From NCBI GenBank assembly GCA_963676855.1, contig OY781460.1, positions 1,495,520-1,527,519 of the forward strand: DNA of 32,000 nucleotides. The letters are read 5' to 3'. Positions within the stretch are counted from its first letter, which is position 1. Every line of letters begins with the position of its first letter. A program made the position numbers and the translations under genes. Of this stretch, positions 1 to 9,107 are shown piece after piece. The notes beneath the pieces are model-generated. The model was not told the origin of the DNA, did not search any database, and worked only from the letters and a program-made list of their open reading frames with translations. Source of the DNA: an uncultured Anaeromusa sp. (GTDB lineage: Bacteria; Bacillota; Negativicutes; Anaeromusales; Anaeromusaceae).

Positions 1-2
1 TT

Positions 3-2756
3 TCAGGCCGGGCCGACGTGGCCTTGCAGCTTACTGGCAACTGGCGGCAGCCGCAGGGAGCATTGGAGCTGAAGGCTAGTTCCGGCGAACTGGCGGGAAT
101 GCCCTATGATTCGTTGTTCGCACAAGCTGATATTAGCGGTGATCGCCTGGAATTGAGGCAAGGCGCCTTGGTGCGGGGCAAAGCTGAGCACTTGCTGCGA
201 GGAAATTTGGAGTGGAGGGGCGAACGCAAGTTGGCCCTGGAAGTTATAAGCAAAGAAGCGCGTCTGGAGGAATTGCTGCCGGTAACAGGCATTGCGGCCT
301 TAGTAACGGGAAGATTGGAAAATACCATGCAGATCAGCGGCACCATGACGGCGCCTGTTGTGCATGGACAGTTTCTTTTACGTGATGGGTCTTTTCGTAC
401 GGAACCAGATGCAGTGCCCTATTTCTTTTCGCGTTTAAGCGGTAAATATGCTTTGCACGAAGATGGACGCATTGACTTAGATGAGCTACTGCTGAATATT
501 TTACGGGCTCGCCTTAGAGCAAAAGGTTCTATGGATGCGCAGGGGAACTTAGCGTTTCGGATAGAAGCTAACGACCTTGAGTTAGCGCAAATTCAGGTAC
601 ATTATCCCTACCAGGTGAAGGGATTGGTCAATTTTAACGGTACCGTTGGCGGCACAAGAAATCGGCCTACTTTTTCCGGCGACCTGTCTGTTCCTGAATT
701 AACCTTAAACGGGCAGAAGGTTCATAATGTAAAAAGTCATGTGGAGAGTATTGCTTCTTATGTAAACATACCGCAATTTTCCGCACAACTAGGCAAGGGA
801 ACTATTTCTTTTCATGGAGATGCTAATTTAGAAAATGGCGTGGTTGACGGTTTTCTAGAAGTCAAGCATAGTCAATTGGCTCAGTTGCTGCCTGTTTTAA
901 GCATTACCGACTCCGGCGTAGACGGGCGTTTGGACGGCGTTGTGCGCATTGGCGGCGAAGTTGGCGTACCTAGCTTGGATTTGCACGGCCATTTGCAAGA
1001 AGGACTGCTTAGAGGATATCCTGTGGAAGAAGCGGATATTCATGTCAGCCAAGTAGGCAGTTTGGTCACTATCCATCGTTTTGAGGCCAAACAAGGTATA
1101 AACGGCAAGCTGGTAGCGCAAGGGACGGCGGATTTGCAGGGAGAGTATCAGCTGGAAGTCGGCGGTACCGGATTGGATGCAGGCCTTTTGACAACCTGGT
1201 TTTTCCCAAAGCTTTCCGCCAAGGGGAATTTGGATTTTGTTGCTCAGTTGTCCGGACCAGCAGATAAGCCGTTTGTGAACTTATCGATAGGAGTCTCGAA
1301 AGGGATGTTTGGTGGCGTATCCTTTGATTCAGCTACAGCGCTCCTGTTGATTGATCAGAAAAAGATCGAAGTGGAACAGGCGGCATTGGTTAGCGGGCCG
1401 TACCGAGCTCGCGTCAGAGGGACCGTTCCGGTGGCGGCGTTACGAGGCGACGGCGTTGATGGCCCGATGGATTTGCGATTGAACTTGAACGAAGCTAATT
1501 TAGGCATGTTGCCGTTAATGCTGCCGCAAGTGGCGTGGGCGGAAGGACCAGTGGCTGGAGAAGTGCGTTTGGGCGGGACTTGGTCGCAGCCATTGTGGTA
1601 TGGCGAAGTGGAAGTACCTAAAGGCATTGTAAAGGTAAAAGGCTTAAAAGATCCTTTATCCGATGTCCATCTTAAATTGAATTTTGAAGGCACGACGCTG
1701 TCTTTGACCGATTTGCGTGGCCTTCTAGGCGGTGGCACGGTTGCGGCAACAGGACAAGCGCATTTGCAAGGGCGAGATCTTGTTGATTACCAAATGCAGC
1801 TGAACTTGGATAAAGCCAAGATCGATAGCGAATATTTTAAAGGACCTTTATCTGGAAAGATGCAATTGACCCCGGACCATGGCTCACCTAAGTTGAGCGG
1901 CGCTATCACGGTGGGCAAGGGCAACAGCATCAACATTCCTTTGGTGGATAGCAATACTTCTTGGAGCTGGGATTTGGGACTAGACGTGGACTTGCAAGTA
2001 GAGCGGGGGACTCGGTTATATAATCCGTTGTTGTATGATATGGAACTGGAAGGCGCCGTTCATGCCGGTGGTACGCTACAGGAGCCGCATCTGCAGGGAG
2101 AAGTGCATGCAACAAGAGGGACGGTGAAGTACTTGCGAACTCCCTTCAAGGTGAATGTGGCCAAGGCGGAATTTGGCCGCCGGGGAACTTTTTTGCCGGT
2201 GTTGCGTTTGAGGGCTACAACGATCTACCAGCAAAATCTTGTTTATCTAGGCATTACAGGGCCGGCGGAGAATATGGAATTGCAGCTTCGTTCGGAACCG
2301 GCGATGAGTCAAGATGAAATTATCAAAATGCTGACACTGCGTGGTCGAAATACAGGAATGGCCTCTGGCTCCGGCCGCCTCAACAGTTCTCTCGGTACGG
2401 AGCAGGTCTACAATCTTTTCAGCACCGGCTTGGAGGTTAGGCTGGTCAGCGATGTAGAAGATTCACTGCGCGACTTGTTGGGATTGGATGAATTTCGTAT
2501 GGTGCGGGGCTATGCTTTAGGCAACATATGGCTGACTCGCAAAGAAACAACGGAAGAGGATGTAGAGAAAAGCTACAATGTTCGTTTAGGCAAGTATTTG
2601 ACGCCGCAGCTATATATAACGTATACGACAAATCAGGATAGCAAGCTATATACATGGGAGGCCAAATACGAGTTGAACCGCAGGGTAAGCTTTTTCGCCG
2701 CTACCAATGAAGAAAAACGCAAAATTGTTGGCATTGAGACAAAAATCCGATTTTAA
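3..2756 (+). CDS. tamB: TamB-like translocation/assembly module protein (DUF490), 5'-truncated by window edge
   Basis: Frame is open from base 3 through the ORF to TAA at 2754-2756. Long repetitive beta-rich protein; C-terminal part (LRATTIYQQNLVYLGITGPAENMELQLRSEPAMSQDEIIKMLT...ITYTTNQDSKLYTWEAKYELNRRVSF) is typical of TamB/DUF490. It lies upstream of bamA. Confidence 0.9.
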   Translation, partial: SGRADVALQLTGNWRQPQGALELKASSGELAGMPYDSLFAQADISGDRLELRQGALVRGKAEHLLRGNLEWRGERKLALEVISKEARLEELLPVTGIAALVTGRLENTMQISGTMTAPVVHGQFLLRDGSFRTEPDAVPYFFSRLSGKYALHEDGRIDLDELLLNILRARLRAKGSMDAQGNLAFRIEANDLELAQIQVHYPYQVKGLVNFNGTVGGTRNRPTFSGDLSVPELTLNGQKVHNVKSHVESIASYVNIPQFSAQLGKGTISFHGDANLENGVVDGFLEVKHSQLAQLLPVLSITDSGVDGRLDGVVRIGGEVGVPSLDLHGHLQEGLLRGYPVEEADIHVSQVGSLVTIHRFEAKQGINGKLVAQGTADLQGEYQLEVGGTGLDAGLLTTWFFPKLSAKGNLDFVAQLSGPADKPFVNLSIGVSKGMFGGVSFDSATALLLIDQKKIEVEQAALVSGPYRARVRGTVPVAALRGDGVDGPMDLRLNLNEANLGMLPLMLPQVAWAEGPVAGEVRLGGTWSQPLWYGEVEVPKGIVKVKGLKDPLSDVHLKLNFEGTTLSLTDLRGLLGGGTVAATGQAHLQGRDLVDYQMQLNLDKAKIDSEYFKGPLSGKMQLTPDHGSPKLSGAITVGKGNSINIPLVDSNTSWSWDLGLDVDLQVERGTRLYNPLLYDMELEGAVHAGGTLQEPHLQGEVHATRGTVKYLRTPFKVNVAKAEFGRRGTFLPVLRLRATTIYQQNLVYLGITGPAENMELQLRSEPAMSQDEIIKMLTLRGRNTGMASGSGRLNSSLGTEQVYNLFSTGLEVRLVSDVEDSLRDLLGLDEFRMVRGYALGNIWLTRKETTEEDVEKSYNVRLGKYLTPQLYITYTTNQDSKLYTWEAKYELNRRVSFFAATNEEKRKIVGIETKIRF

Positions 2757-2828
2757 GAAAAACGCAAAAATGATATACTATATAAAATATGACAAAATAG
2801 AGAATCACTGAGAGAGAGGAGGGGTGAC

Positions 2829-3461
2829 ATGAAAGCGTATTTAGAGGCGTTGCAGCAAGTGCGCCTTTTAGAGCCGGAAGAAGAAGGCCAGCTATGGAGA
2901 AAATGGCGGGAAGAGGATGATGACACCAGCCGCAAAGTGTTGATTGAAAGCTACCAGCCGTTGGTTTTCAAGACGGCCATGTCATTTCAAGTCTCTGCCG
3001 AATTGAAAATGGACTTGATTCAGGAAGGAACGGTAGGCTTGATTGAGGCTGCAGAGCGGTTTGACGCAAAACGCGGTGTCGCCTTTAGTCTGTTTGCCGT
3101 ACACCGTATTCGAGGCCGCATGCTCAATTACTTGGAGAAAGAAGGCCGCCAGACGGCTGCATCGATTGATTTGCCTTGGTTGGATGCGGGAGGAGCTACC
3201 TTAGCGGAGCAACTGTTAGATGCCGACCCGGAGGTAGCGATACAGGTGGAACAACGCTACTTAGTCGGGCGGGTGCAGCAGGCGTTAGAAAGGCTTCCGG
3301 CTAAGGAACAACAAGTGGTCAGTGGTATTTTTTTGCGGGATTGCGAAGCCAAAGAATTAGCAGAAGAATTAAATGTCACTCTTTCTCATATATATCGCTT
3401 GCAGAAGCAAGGAGTGCGCAGAATTCGCGGCATGCTTTCCCGCTTTATGCAGCATTGGTAA
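2829..3461 (+). CDS. sigma-70 family RNA polymerase sigma factor
   Basis: Region 2-like motif (LIESYQPLVFKTAMSFQ...DLIQEGTVGLIEAAERFDAKRGVAFSLFAVHRIRGRMLNYL) and a region 4 HTH (LPAKEQQVVSGIFLRDCEAKELAEELNVTLSHIYRLQKQGVRRIR). Strong SD gagaggagg upstream. Confidence 0.88.
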   Translation: MKAYLEALQQVRLLEPEEEGQLWRKWREEDDDTSRKVLIESYQPLVFKTAMSFQVSAELKMDLIQEGTVGLIEAAERFDAKRGVAFSLFAVHRIRGRMLNYLEKEGRQTAASIDLPWLDAGGATLAEQLLDADPEVAIQVEQRYLVGRVQQALERLPAKEQQVVSGIFLRDCEAKELAEELNVTLSHIYRLQKQGVRRIRGMLSRFMQHW

Positions 3462-3625
3462 GGGAAAAGAAAAGCAGGAGGAAGGAAAGAAGTATATAAG
3501 CGGATTAATTTGATGCTAACTATTGTTTTTGCTTGTTTAACCTGTTTTTTTGCTTCTTTTTAAGAATTGGAAGAACTTTGCTTTTCTTGGACTGTATAGT
3601 CGTATATAAAGGCAGGTGTAAGAAG

Positions 3626-4177
3626 ATGCAATCAAAAACTCAGTTATGCCATCGTTTGGCAACCGCGCGGCAGTGGTTGCATCAAGCGGAAGAGTCTTTT
3701 GGAAAAAAACAAGAAATGCAAGGGGAGTTGAATTTGTTTTTAGCGCAGGCGGAACTGCAGCATGTGCGCGAAAGCAGAAAGCTTCCTTTTTGGCTGCAGT
3801 CGTGCTGGGGTTGGCAGGGAATGGCGATGGCGTTTGCTGTGTTATTGGTCCTATCAGCAGGTGCGGGCATTTTTTGGGCGGAACAAAATGCAGCCGTTTC
3901 TGCGGGAGCAGCAACAAAGAATCAGGTTCTTTCTACAAATACCAACTCGGAGAAGGCGCCGGCTACAGAACAACAGGTCGTATTCAACGGGGCCAAACAG
4001 CAGCAAACAGATACGGCTCCTGCTGTTCTTGCGAAGCCGAAGGCTGCAGCAATCATCCCGGAAGAGAAGCAAACGGAGGAAACGTCTAAATCGGCCAAAG
4101 CTGAAGCCGTTTCCCCGGAAGAAATGCAAAAAGCCCTGCGCGCCGCCGGTAAGGCGCTGCGCGGTGCTGGTCAATAG
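3626..4177 (+). CDS. hypothetical single-TM membrane protein with low-complexity Ala/Lys/Glu-rich C-terminal region
   Basis: ATG 3626 (MQSKTQLCHRL...) preceded by aggtgtaag. One hydrophobic segment (WQGMAMAFAVLLVLSAGAGIFW). Ends just before bamA. The longer ORF from 3533 has no obvious SD. Confidence 0.6.
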   Translation: MQSKTQLCHRLATARQWLHQAEESFGKKQEMQGELNLFLAQAELQHVRESRKLPFWLQSCWGWQGMAMAFAVLLVLSAGAGIFWAEQNAAVSAGAATKNQVLSTNTNSEKAPATEQQVVFNGAKQQQTDTAPAVLAKPKAAAIIPEEKQTEETSKSAKAEAVSPEEMQKALRAAGKALRGAGQ

Positions 4178-4195
4178 ACAGATAGGGGGACATAT

Positions 4196-6013
4196 ATGAA
4201 TAAGAAACAGAAATATGGCAAAATCCTTTTGGTAGCGTGTTTGTCAGGGGGACTTTGGATGGTTGATGGCGAGGTAGCCCAGGCGGCTACGGAGACGGTC
4301 GCTCCTGAGGCGGCAGCGCCTGCGGCACCGGCGGATTATACCGGCAGAACGATTAGCGCTGTGAAAATTCATGGCAATCAAGTAGTAAAAGACAATGAGT
4401 TACTGCCGTATATTCAAGTGAAGCCAGGAGATGCTTGGAAGGCGGCTTCCATTCAAAACGATCTGAAAGCATTATATGAAAGCGGTTGGTTTGCGGATGT
4501 GACGGCAACCTTTGTGGAAGCGCCAGAAGGCGTGCAGGTTGTCTATGTCTTGCGGGAAAATCCGGTGTTGAACAAGATTAATATTGTGGGCAATACCAAG
4601 ATAACGACAGACAAGTTGCGTGCGTTACTGACTGTGCCGGAAGGAAAGGTACTGAACGCGAAGCAACTACAAGATAATGCGGCAGCTATTGAAGAGCTGT
4701 ACAAAACCGAAGGATACATACTTGCTAAAGTCAGCGATCTCTCCTTGGACAAAGATGGCATATTGAAGGTCAGCATTAACGAAGGTATCGTGGAAGACAT
4801 TATTGTCAAAGGCAATGAAAAAACAAAAGGCTATGTAGTGACTCGGGAGATGAAGTTAAAGAAAAACGAGCCTTTTAACAGCAAACTGGCGAAACGAAGC
4901 TTGCAACGCATCTATAATCTGGGATTTTTCGAGGACGTTAACTTTAAACTCAACCCCGGGCGTGAACCCAATGCGGTAATTATCGAAATTGACGTAGTGG
5001 AGCAAAAAACTGGCGTCTTTACCATTGGTGCCGGTTACAGTAAAACAGACGGGACCATAGGAATCGTAGAAGTGGGCGATAATAATTTCCGTGGTACTGG
5101 CGATAAAATCAAGATTCATTGGGAAATTGGCGGTAAAGGCGCGAGCAACACGAATCGGAAAAACAGAAACTATGAGTTTAGCTACACACGGCCCTGGGTA
5201 GATGACAAGGAAACTTCCCTTAGCTTCACTATGTATGATATGACCAACGAGTACACAGATTATTACGATAACACGGATGCGAAACGTTCTACGTACGATA
5301 AGCGGCGCAAAGGGGTGGAAGTGACTTTGGGGCGGCCGGAAGGGGAATTTGTTCGTAATTATGTTACTCTGAAACATCGTACTGATACCTATATGGGCTA
5401 TGAAGAAGGTCCAATTAATTATGAAGCGACTAGCGGCTCTACCTATGATCCAGAGTTTAATGCTGCATATTTAGCGCGCAACTATGGTACAACAAACAGC
5501 GTAACGCTTCAACGTGTCTTTGACAATCGTGACAATATTTTCAATGCGACAGAAGGCCGGCGCTTCTCAGTGGCAAGCGAATTTGCCGGTTTAGGCGGTG
5601 ATTTCTCGTTTAAAAAGTACAGCTCAGAGCTGCGGACGTATCGTAAAGTAGGACGCGATCATGTGCTGGCTTTTCGCGGTATGGCTGGCTGGGCCAATGG
5701 CGATCTGCCTGACAGCCAACGCTTTTCTTTAGGCGGTTCAGACACATTGCGAGGTTATTTGGATGACCAGTTTAAGGGAAACAAGATGTGGGCGACAACT
5801 CTGGAATATCGTTTCCCCGTAGCTAAGAAAGTATATGGCGTAGTTTTCGGCGATGCTGGTCGGGCCTGGTCGGGCATCGGCGGCGATAACTCATGGAAAA
5901 AGAGCTTTGGTGTTGGTGTGCGCATGAATACGCCGCTGGGTGCTATTCGCTTGGATTATGGTAAAGGTAATGAAAGCGGTAGATTCCACTTCAGCTTTGG
6001 CGGACAGTTCTAA
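4196..6013 (+). CDS. bamA: outer membrane protein assembly factor BamA (Omp85 family)
   Basis: Signal peptide; POTRA repeats (ISAVKIHGNQVVKDNEL..., INKINIVGNTKITTDKL-type, IVEDIIVKGNEKTKGYVVTREM...); Omp85 barrel with DTLRGYLDDQFKGNKMWATTLEYRFPV and terminal GRFHFSFGGQF. Confidence 0.95.
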   Translation: MNKKQKYGKILLVACLSGGLWMVDGEVAQAATETVAPEAAAPAAPADYTGRTISAVKIHGNQVVKDNELLPYIQVKPGDAWKAASIQNDLKALYESGWFADVTATFVEAPEGVQVVYVLRENPVLNKINIVGNTKITTDKLRALLTVPEGKVLNAKQLQDNAAAIEELYKTEGYILAKVSDLSLDKDGILKVSINEGIVEDIIVKGNEKTKGYVVTREMKLKKNEPFNSKLAKRSLQRIYNLGFFEDVNFKLNPGREPNAVIIEIDVVEQKTGVFTIGAGYSKTDGTIGIVEVGDNNFRGTGDKIKIHWEIGGKGASNTNRKNRNYEFSYTRPWVDDKETSLSFTMYDMTNEYTDYYDNTDAKRSTYDKRRKGVEVTLGRPEGEFVRNYVTLKHRTDTYMGYEEGPINYEATSGSTYDPEFNAAYLARNYGTTNSVTLQRVFDNRDNIFNATEGRRFSVASEFAGLGGDFSFKKYSSELRTYRKVGRDHVLAFRGMAGWANGDLPDSQRFSLGGSDTLRGYLDDQFKGNKMWATTLEYRFPVAKKVYGVVFGDAGRAWSGIGGDNSWKKSFGVGVRMNTPLGAIRLDYGKGNESGRFHFSFGGQF

Positions 6014-7302
6014 TGAAGCGGCGGTTGCTGAAATTGTATTTGGGAGTGCTGGCACTGCTGTGGATAGGAATTCTTCCTGCATGGGCTGCTGAACCGGTCA
6101 TTTCCCAAACAATTGTTGTTGTCAGTGACGACAAGGGGCAGCCGCTGCCGTCTAGATTGGCTCTGCGCATTCAAGCCAGCGTTCACGCAGTAGCGGAACA
6201 AGTCCTGCAAGGACGGCCTGTGGCTGTGGTCGAGCCCAAACGAGCTGCTTACGAACGTATGGTTTGCGAAGTGTTTGACCGAATTTTGATTGGCTATTCC
6301 GTAGAAACAGCAAGCATTTCGCTGGGAGAAGAAACCACAATTTCTTTGCGTTTGACTCCGTGGGGCGATGTAGTGGAAACAACGGATTTGCTTTGGGATA
6401 ATAGTGGTTTTCCGCCACAAGGGCGTGAGGCGTTAAGGCCCAAGGTCGAAACGTTGAAAAAAGTAGTAGATGAAGTGCTCTTGGGAATGCCTATTGATGC
6501 AGCTGATTGGGGCGCAGGTTTGGTGCGTACCGTAGTGCGGGAGTGGTTCGAAGATCAATTGCCGGAGTTTCGGCCGGACGTAGAAGTGGCGGTTAGCAAA
6601 AAGACGCAGGTCAAGCTGACTATGACGCCGCAAGCGCCGCTGGTGCAAGCTTTGAAGGTCACTCTGCGTTCGCGCAGTTTGCCTAATGTATTGCTCTATA
6701 GCGTGCAAAAAGACTTGGAGCAGGAAAGCCAAGGGTGGCTTCAGTTGCCTGTCTCTTTTGTGGCTCGTCATGAGAAAGCGCTGGCGGAACAACTGCTGGC
6801 GAAGGCTGCTACCCATTCGTGGGTGAAGCAGATGGGATTGCAAATGCACTTAATAGAAGTGCGGGCAGGGCCGACAACCGAAGTGGTGCTGGACGCGGAA
6901 AGTCGTTATTATCGCATGTTTGCCGAAGGCTACTTGGATATGGGCAAGAAAAACGAGGCGACGCGAGTGCGTCTTCATGCCGGCTGGAAAGCGACGCCGC
7001 AAGGCGAGCTTTTTGTGGAAGGAGACTTTTTCCCCAATGACGTAAAGAATCGTTGGTATTCCGGATTGGGATGGCAAGTGTCTTCGCAGACGGAAGCGGG
7101 AGTAAAGTATAAGTTTCAGGATGGTGAGAAGATTATTTGGATGCGCCAGCAATTGGGCGGTCCGTGGAGCTTGCGCCTGGAGAGGTATGAAGATAAGCAT
7201 GACAGCGAGTTGGGAGTGCGCTATCGATTGCATGAATTTCTTAGCGCCGAATACGTACTTACGAATGAAGAACGCTGGCTGCGACTAATTGCGACTTTCT
7301 GA
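6013..7302 (+). CDS. conserved-looking envelope protein of unknown function, secreted, with predicted C-terminal beta-barrel-like segment
   Basis: TAATG overlap with the bamA stop. Signal peptide MKRRLLKLYLGVLALLWIGILPAWAA; C-terminal alternating strands ending in RLIATF (aromatic C-terminus as in OMPs). Confidence 0.8.
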   Translation: MKRRLLKLYLGVLALLWIGILPAWAAEPVISQTIVVVSDDKGQPLPSRLALRIQASVHAVAEQVLQGRPVAVVEPKRAAYERMVCEVFDRILIGYSVETASISLGEETTISLRLTPWGDVVETTDLLWDNSGFPPQGREALRPKVETLKKVVDEVLLGMPIDAADWGAGLVRTVVREWFEDQLPEFRPDVEVAVSKKTQVKLTMTPQAPLVQALKVTLRSRSLPNVLLYSVQKDLEQESQGWLQLPVSFVARHEKALAEQLLAKAATHSWVKQMGLQMHLIEVRAGPTTEVVLDAESRYYRMFAEGYLDMGKKNEATRVRLHAGWKATPQGELFVEGDFFPNDVKNRWYSGLGWQVSSQTEAGVKYKFQDGEKIIWMRQQLGGPWSLRLERYEDKHDSELGVRYRLHEFLSAEYVLTNEERWLRLIATF

Positions 7303-7495
7303 TCAGAAGTCGTTGCTTTACTAACGACTCCCGCAAACTGGCTCTTTTTCCGTTAGATTTTCTCAGAAAGCCTCGGCAGAGCGCCGCTATGCCTGCGTTT
7401 TCTTCCGTATCTAACGAAAAAATTTCTTTCTTTGCGGGAGTGTTCGTTAAAGCAGCGGCTCCTTGAAATTTGGGGTTGCTCCAGTAGTATCTCAT
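7259..7495 (-). CDS. possible small basic protein encoded antisense between the bamA-downstream gene and skp
   Basis: Within ORF 7259..7585(-). The ATG at 7495 is preceded on the minus strand by aaaaggagagtacga (good SD spacing). Product MRYYWSNPKFQGAAALTNTPAKKEIFSLDTEENAG... No family recognised. Confidence 0.35.
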   Translation of the reverse strand: MRYYWSNPKFQGAAALTNTPAKKEIFSLDTEENAGIAALCRGFLRKSNGKRASLRESLVKQRLLIRKSQLVAASVLHS

Positions 7496-7541
7496 TCGTA
7501 CTCTCCTTTTATTCAAATCCCGTTCTTTCATCTTCTTTTCT

Positions 7542-7569
7542 TGAAAGGCGGCAGAGGCCCTGGTATAAT
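7542..7569 (+). promoter_or_regulatory. predicted sigma-A-type promoter upstream of the first ompH/skp gene
   Basis: TTGAAA (7542-7547), 16-nt spacer, TATAAT (7564-7569) preceded by TG (extended -10, TGgTATAAT). Confidence 0.6.
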
Positions 7570-7607
7570 AAAAAGTGAGTTCCAATTAAGAGAGGAGAAA
7601 CTTAAAA

Positions 7608-8078
7608 ATGATGAAATTAGAAAAACGTCAAATTCGTATGATTTCCCTGGCTATTGTAGCCTTCTTTGTACTCAGTGTGGTGGGTATTGCGGTGTCGCAG
7701 ACCGGCAGCGTAAGCCATGCAGCAGCAGCAGCTGGCTCCGGCAGCGTAGGAGTTGTCAATTATGATATGCTGGTATCGCAGCATCCGGACTATACGGTAG
7801 CGCAAAAATCCTTTGAAGACGAAGTAGCACTGGCTAAAAAGGATTTTGACGCTAAAGCGGCTACCATGAACGACAAAGAAAAACAAGATTACTACATGCA
7901 GATCCAAGAGCGCCTGCAGTTGAAAAAAGCTTCTCTCCTGGGAAGCGTTAACGACAAAGTGACTGCAGCGGTTAAGGCTGTGGCCGATGCCAAAGGGCTG
8001 GCTATTGTTATTGACAAAGGAAATGTTGTTTACGGCGGCCAGGACATTACCGATGAGGTTATCAAAAAATTCAAATAA
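7608..8078 (+). CDS. skp: OmpH/Skp family periplasmic chaperone-like protein
   Basis: N-terminal signal/anchor then GSVGVVNYDMLVSQHPDYTVAQKSFEDEV...KGLAIVIDKGNVVYGGQDITDEVIKKF, an OmpH signature. SD agaggag. Confidence 0.88.
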   Translation: MMKLEKRQIRMISLAIVAFFVLSVVGIAVSQTGSVSHAAAAAGSGSVGVVNYDMLVSQHPDYTVAQKSFEDEVALAKKDFDAKAATMNDKEKQDYYMQIQERLQLKKASLLGSVNDKVTAAVKAVADAKGLAIVIDKGNVVYGGQDITDEVIKKFK

Positions 8079-8155
8079 GACCTGTAGGCCGAGCCGATCT
8101 TTTGTTCGACTCGGTCCTTCCTTACTATGAAAAGTCCAATTGGAGGAACTGAATC

Positions 8156-9058
8156 ATGTCCAGACAAAGCCGACAGCAACGAGGAGTTCTCTTGGTATTT
8201 TTAATCCTGCTTGCAGTGGCAGTGAGCGCCTGCGGGAAGCAACTGGCTTCTGAACAACCAAAGGCGATGGTTTGGGCGGTATTGGACGAAGAAAAAGTAA
8301 TGAAGGCGCATCCTAACTACTTGGAATGGCAAAGTAAAAAGACGGCTTGGCTGGCTGGAAGGCAGAAGCTGGAGTGGTTGAAGCAGTCTTTGGTATTGCA
8401 AGCGGCGCAAGAAGTGCAGATGCTTTCTATGCCAACTCTGCCGGTTGCGGCACAGGCTACGCAGTCATTACAAGAGGCGGCCTTGCAGCAGCAGCTCCAA
8501 GAGAGGGCAAAAAGCTTGCAAAAAGTGCTGGATCAGGAAATGAAAGCGTATGGAGAAGAAGTACACAGTGAACTGGATCCGCAAGTGGTTTCGCTGCAAT
8601 TAAAGCTGCGTATTGTTTCGCTGCAGCCGCAAGAGGCGGAAGCGCTGCGCTTGCAGTTGACGCAGGTGCAGCAACTGCAGCAACTGCGACTGGCTCAGAA
8701 AGAAGCGGAATTGGCGCAACGCTTTGCTGCGGCGTTGACTCCTTTACGGGAAGCCATTCGTCAAGAGCAACAGACAGTTGCCAGACAAACGCCGTTGGCG
8801 AAATTGGAGCCGGTAAGTGCAGTAAAGACAACGCCGGAAGCGGTGAGTGCAGAGCGAATTCGTGATTTGGAAGAACGGTTACAGCAGCAGGAAATGGAAT
8901 GGCAGAAGCTGCAACGTCTCATTCAAGAGGAAGTGCAGGATCGAGCTGGTCGCATCGCTAGTGCGCGCGGCATAGATATTGTCTTAAGAAAACCGATTGC
9001 AGCAATGCAGGCGGTAGATATTACGGAATGGGTAGCTCAAGCATTACAGCATCCGTGA
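8156..9058 (+). CDS. OmpH/Skp-like lipoprotein with extended coiled-coil/low-complexity middle region
   Basis: Lipobox VSAC in MSRQSRQQRGVLLVFLILLAVAVSACGKQ. OmpH-like start (MVWAVLDEEKVMKAHPNYLEWQSKK) and end (GRIASARGIDIVLRKPIAAMQAVDITEWVAQAL). Gln/Leu/Glu-rich middle. Confidence 0.75.
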   Translation: MSRQSRQQRGVLLVFLILLAVAVSACGKQLASEQPKAMVWAVLDEEKVMKAHPNYLEWQSKKTAWLAGRQKLEWLKQSLVLQAAQEVQMLSMPTLPVAAQATQSLQEAALQQQLQERAKSLQKVLDQEMKAYGEEVHSELDPQVVSLQLKLRIVSLQPQEAEALRLQLTQVQQLQQLRLAQKEAELAQRFAAALTPLREAIRQEQQTVARQTPLAKLEPVSAVKTTPEAVSAERIRDLEERLQQQEMEWQKLQRLIQEEVQDRAGRIASARGIDIVLRKPIAAMQAVDITEWVAQALQHP

Positions 9059-9107
9059 GAGCGGATGCTGTCTATTTTAGATAATAATAACAGGAGTGAC
9101 GAGGAGT

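Noticed and set aside
1355-1738. 127-aa minus-strand ORF antisense to tamB
   Set aside because: Lies wholly inside a well-supported coding gene, with no recognisable domain and Pro/Arg-rich composition typical of shadow ORFs.
3646-4199. Alternative frame ORFs 3646..4089 and 3762..4199 over the 3626..4177 gene
   Set aside because: Low-complexity Arg-rich or Cys/Ala-rich shadow translations. The 3626 frame has a TM segment, a plausible start and fits the spacing to bamA, though confidence in that frame is only moderate.
4856-5377. 173-aa minus-strand ORF antisense to bamA
   Set aside because: Antisense to conserved BamA coding sequence, with no start or SD support.
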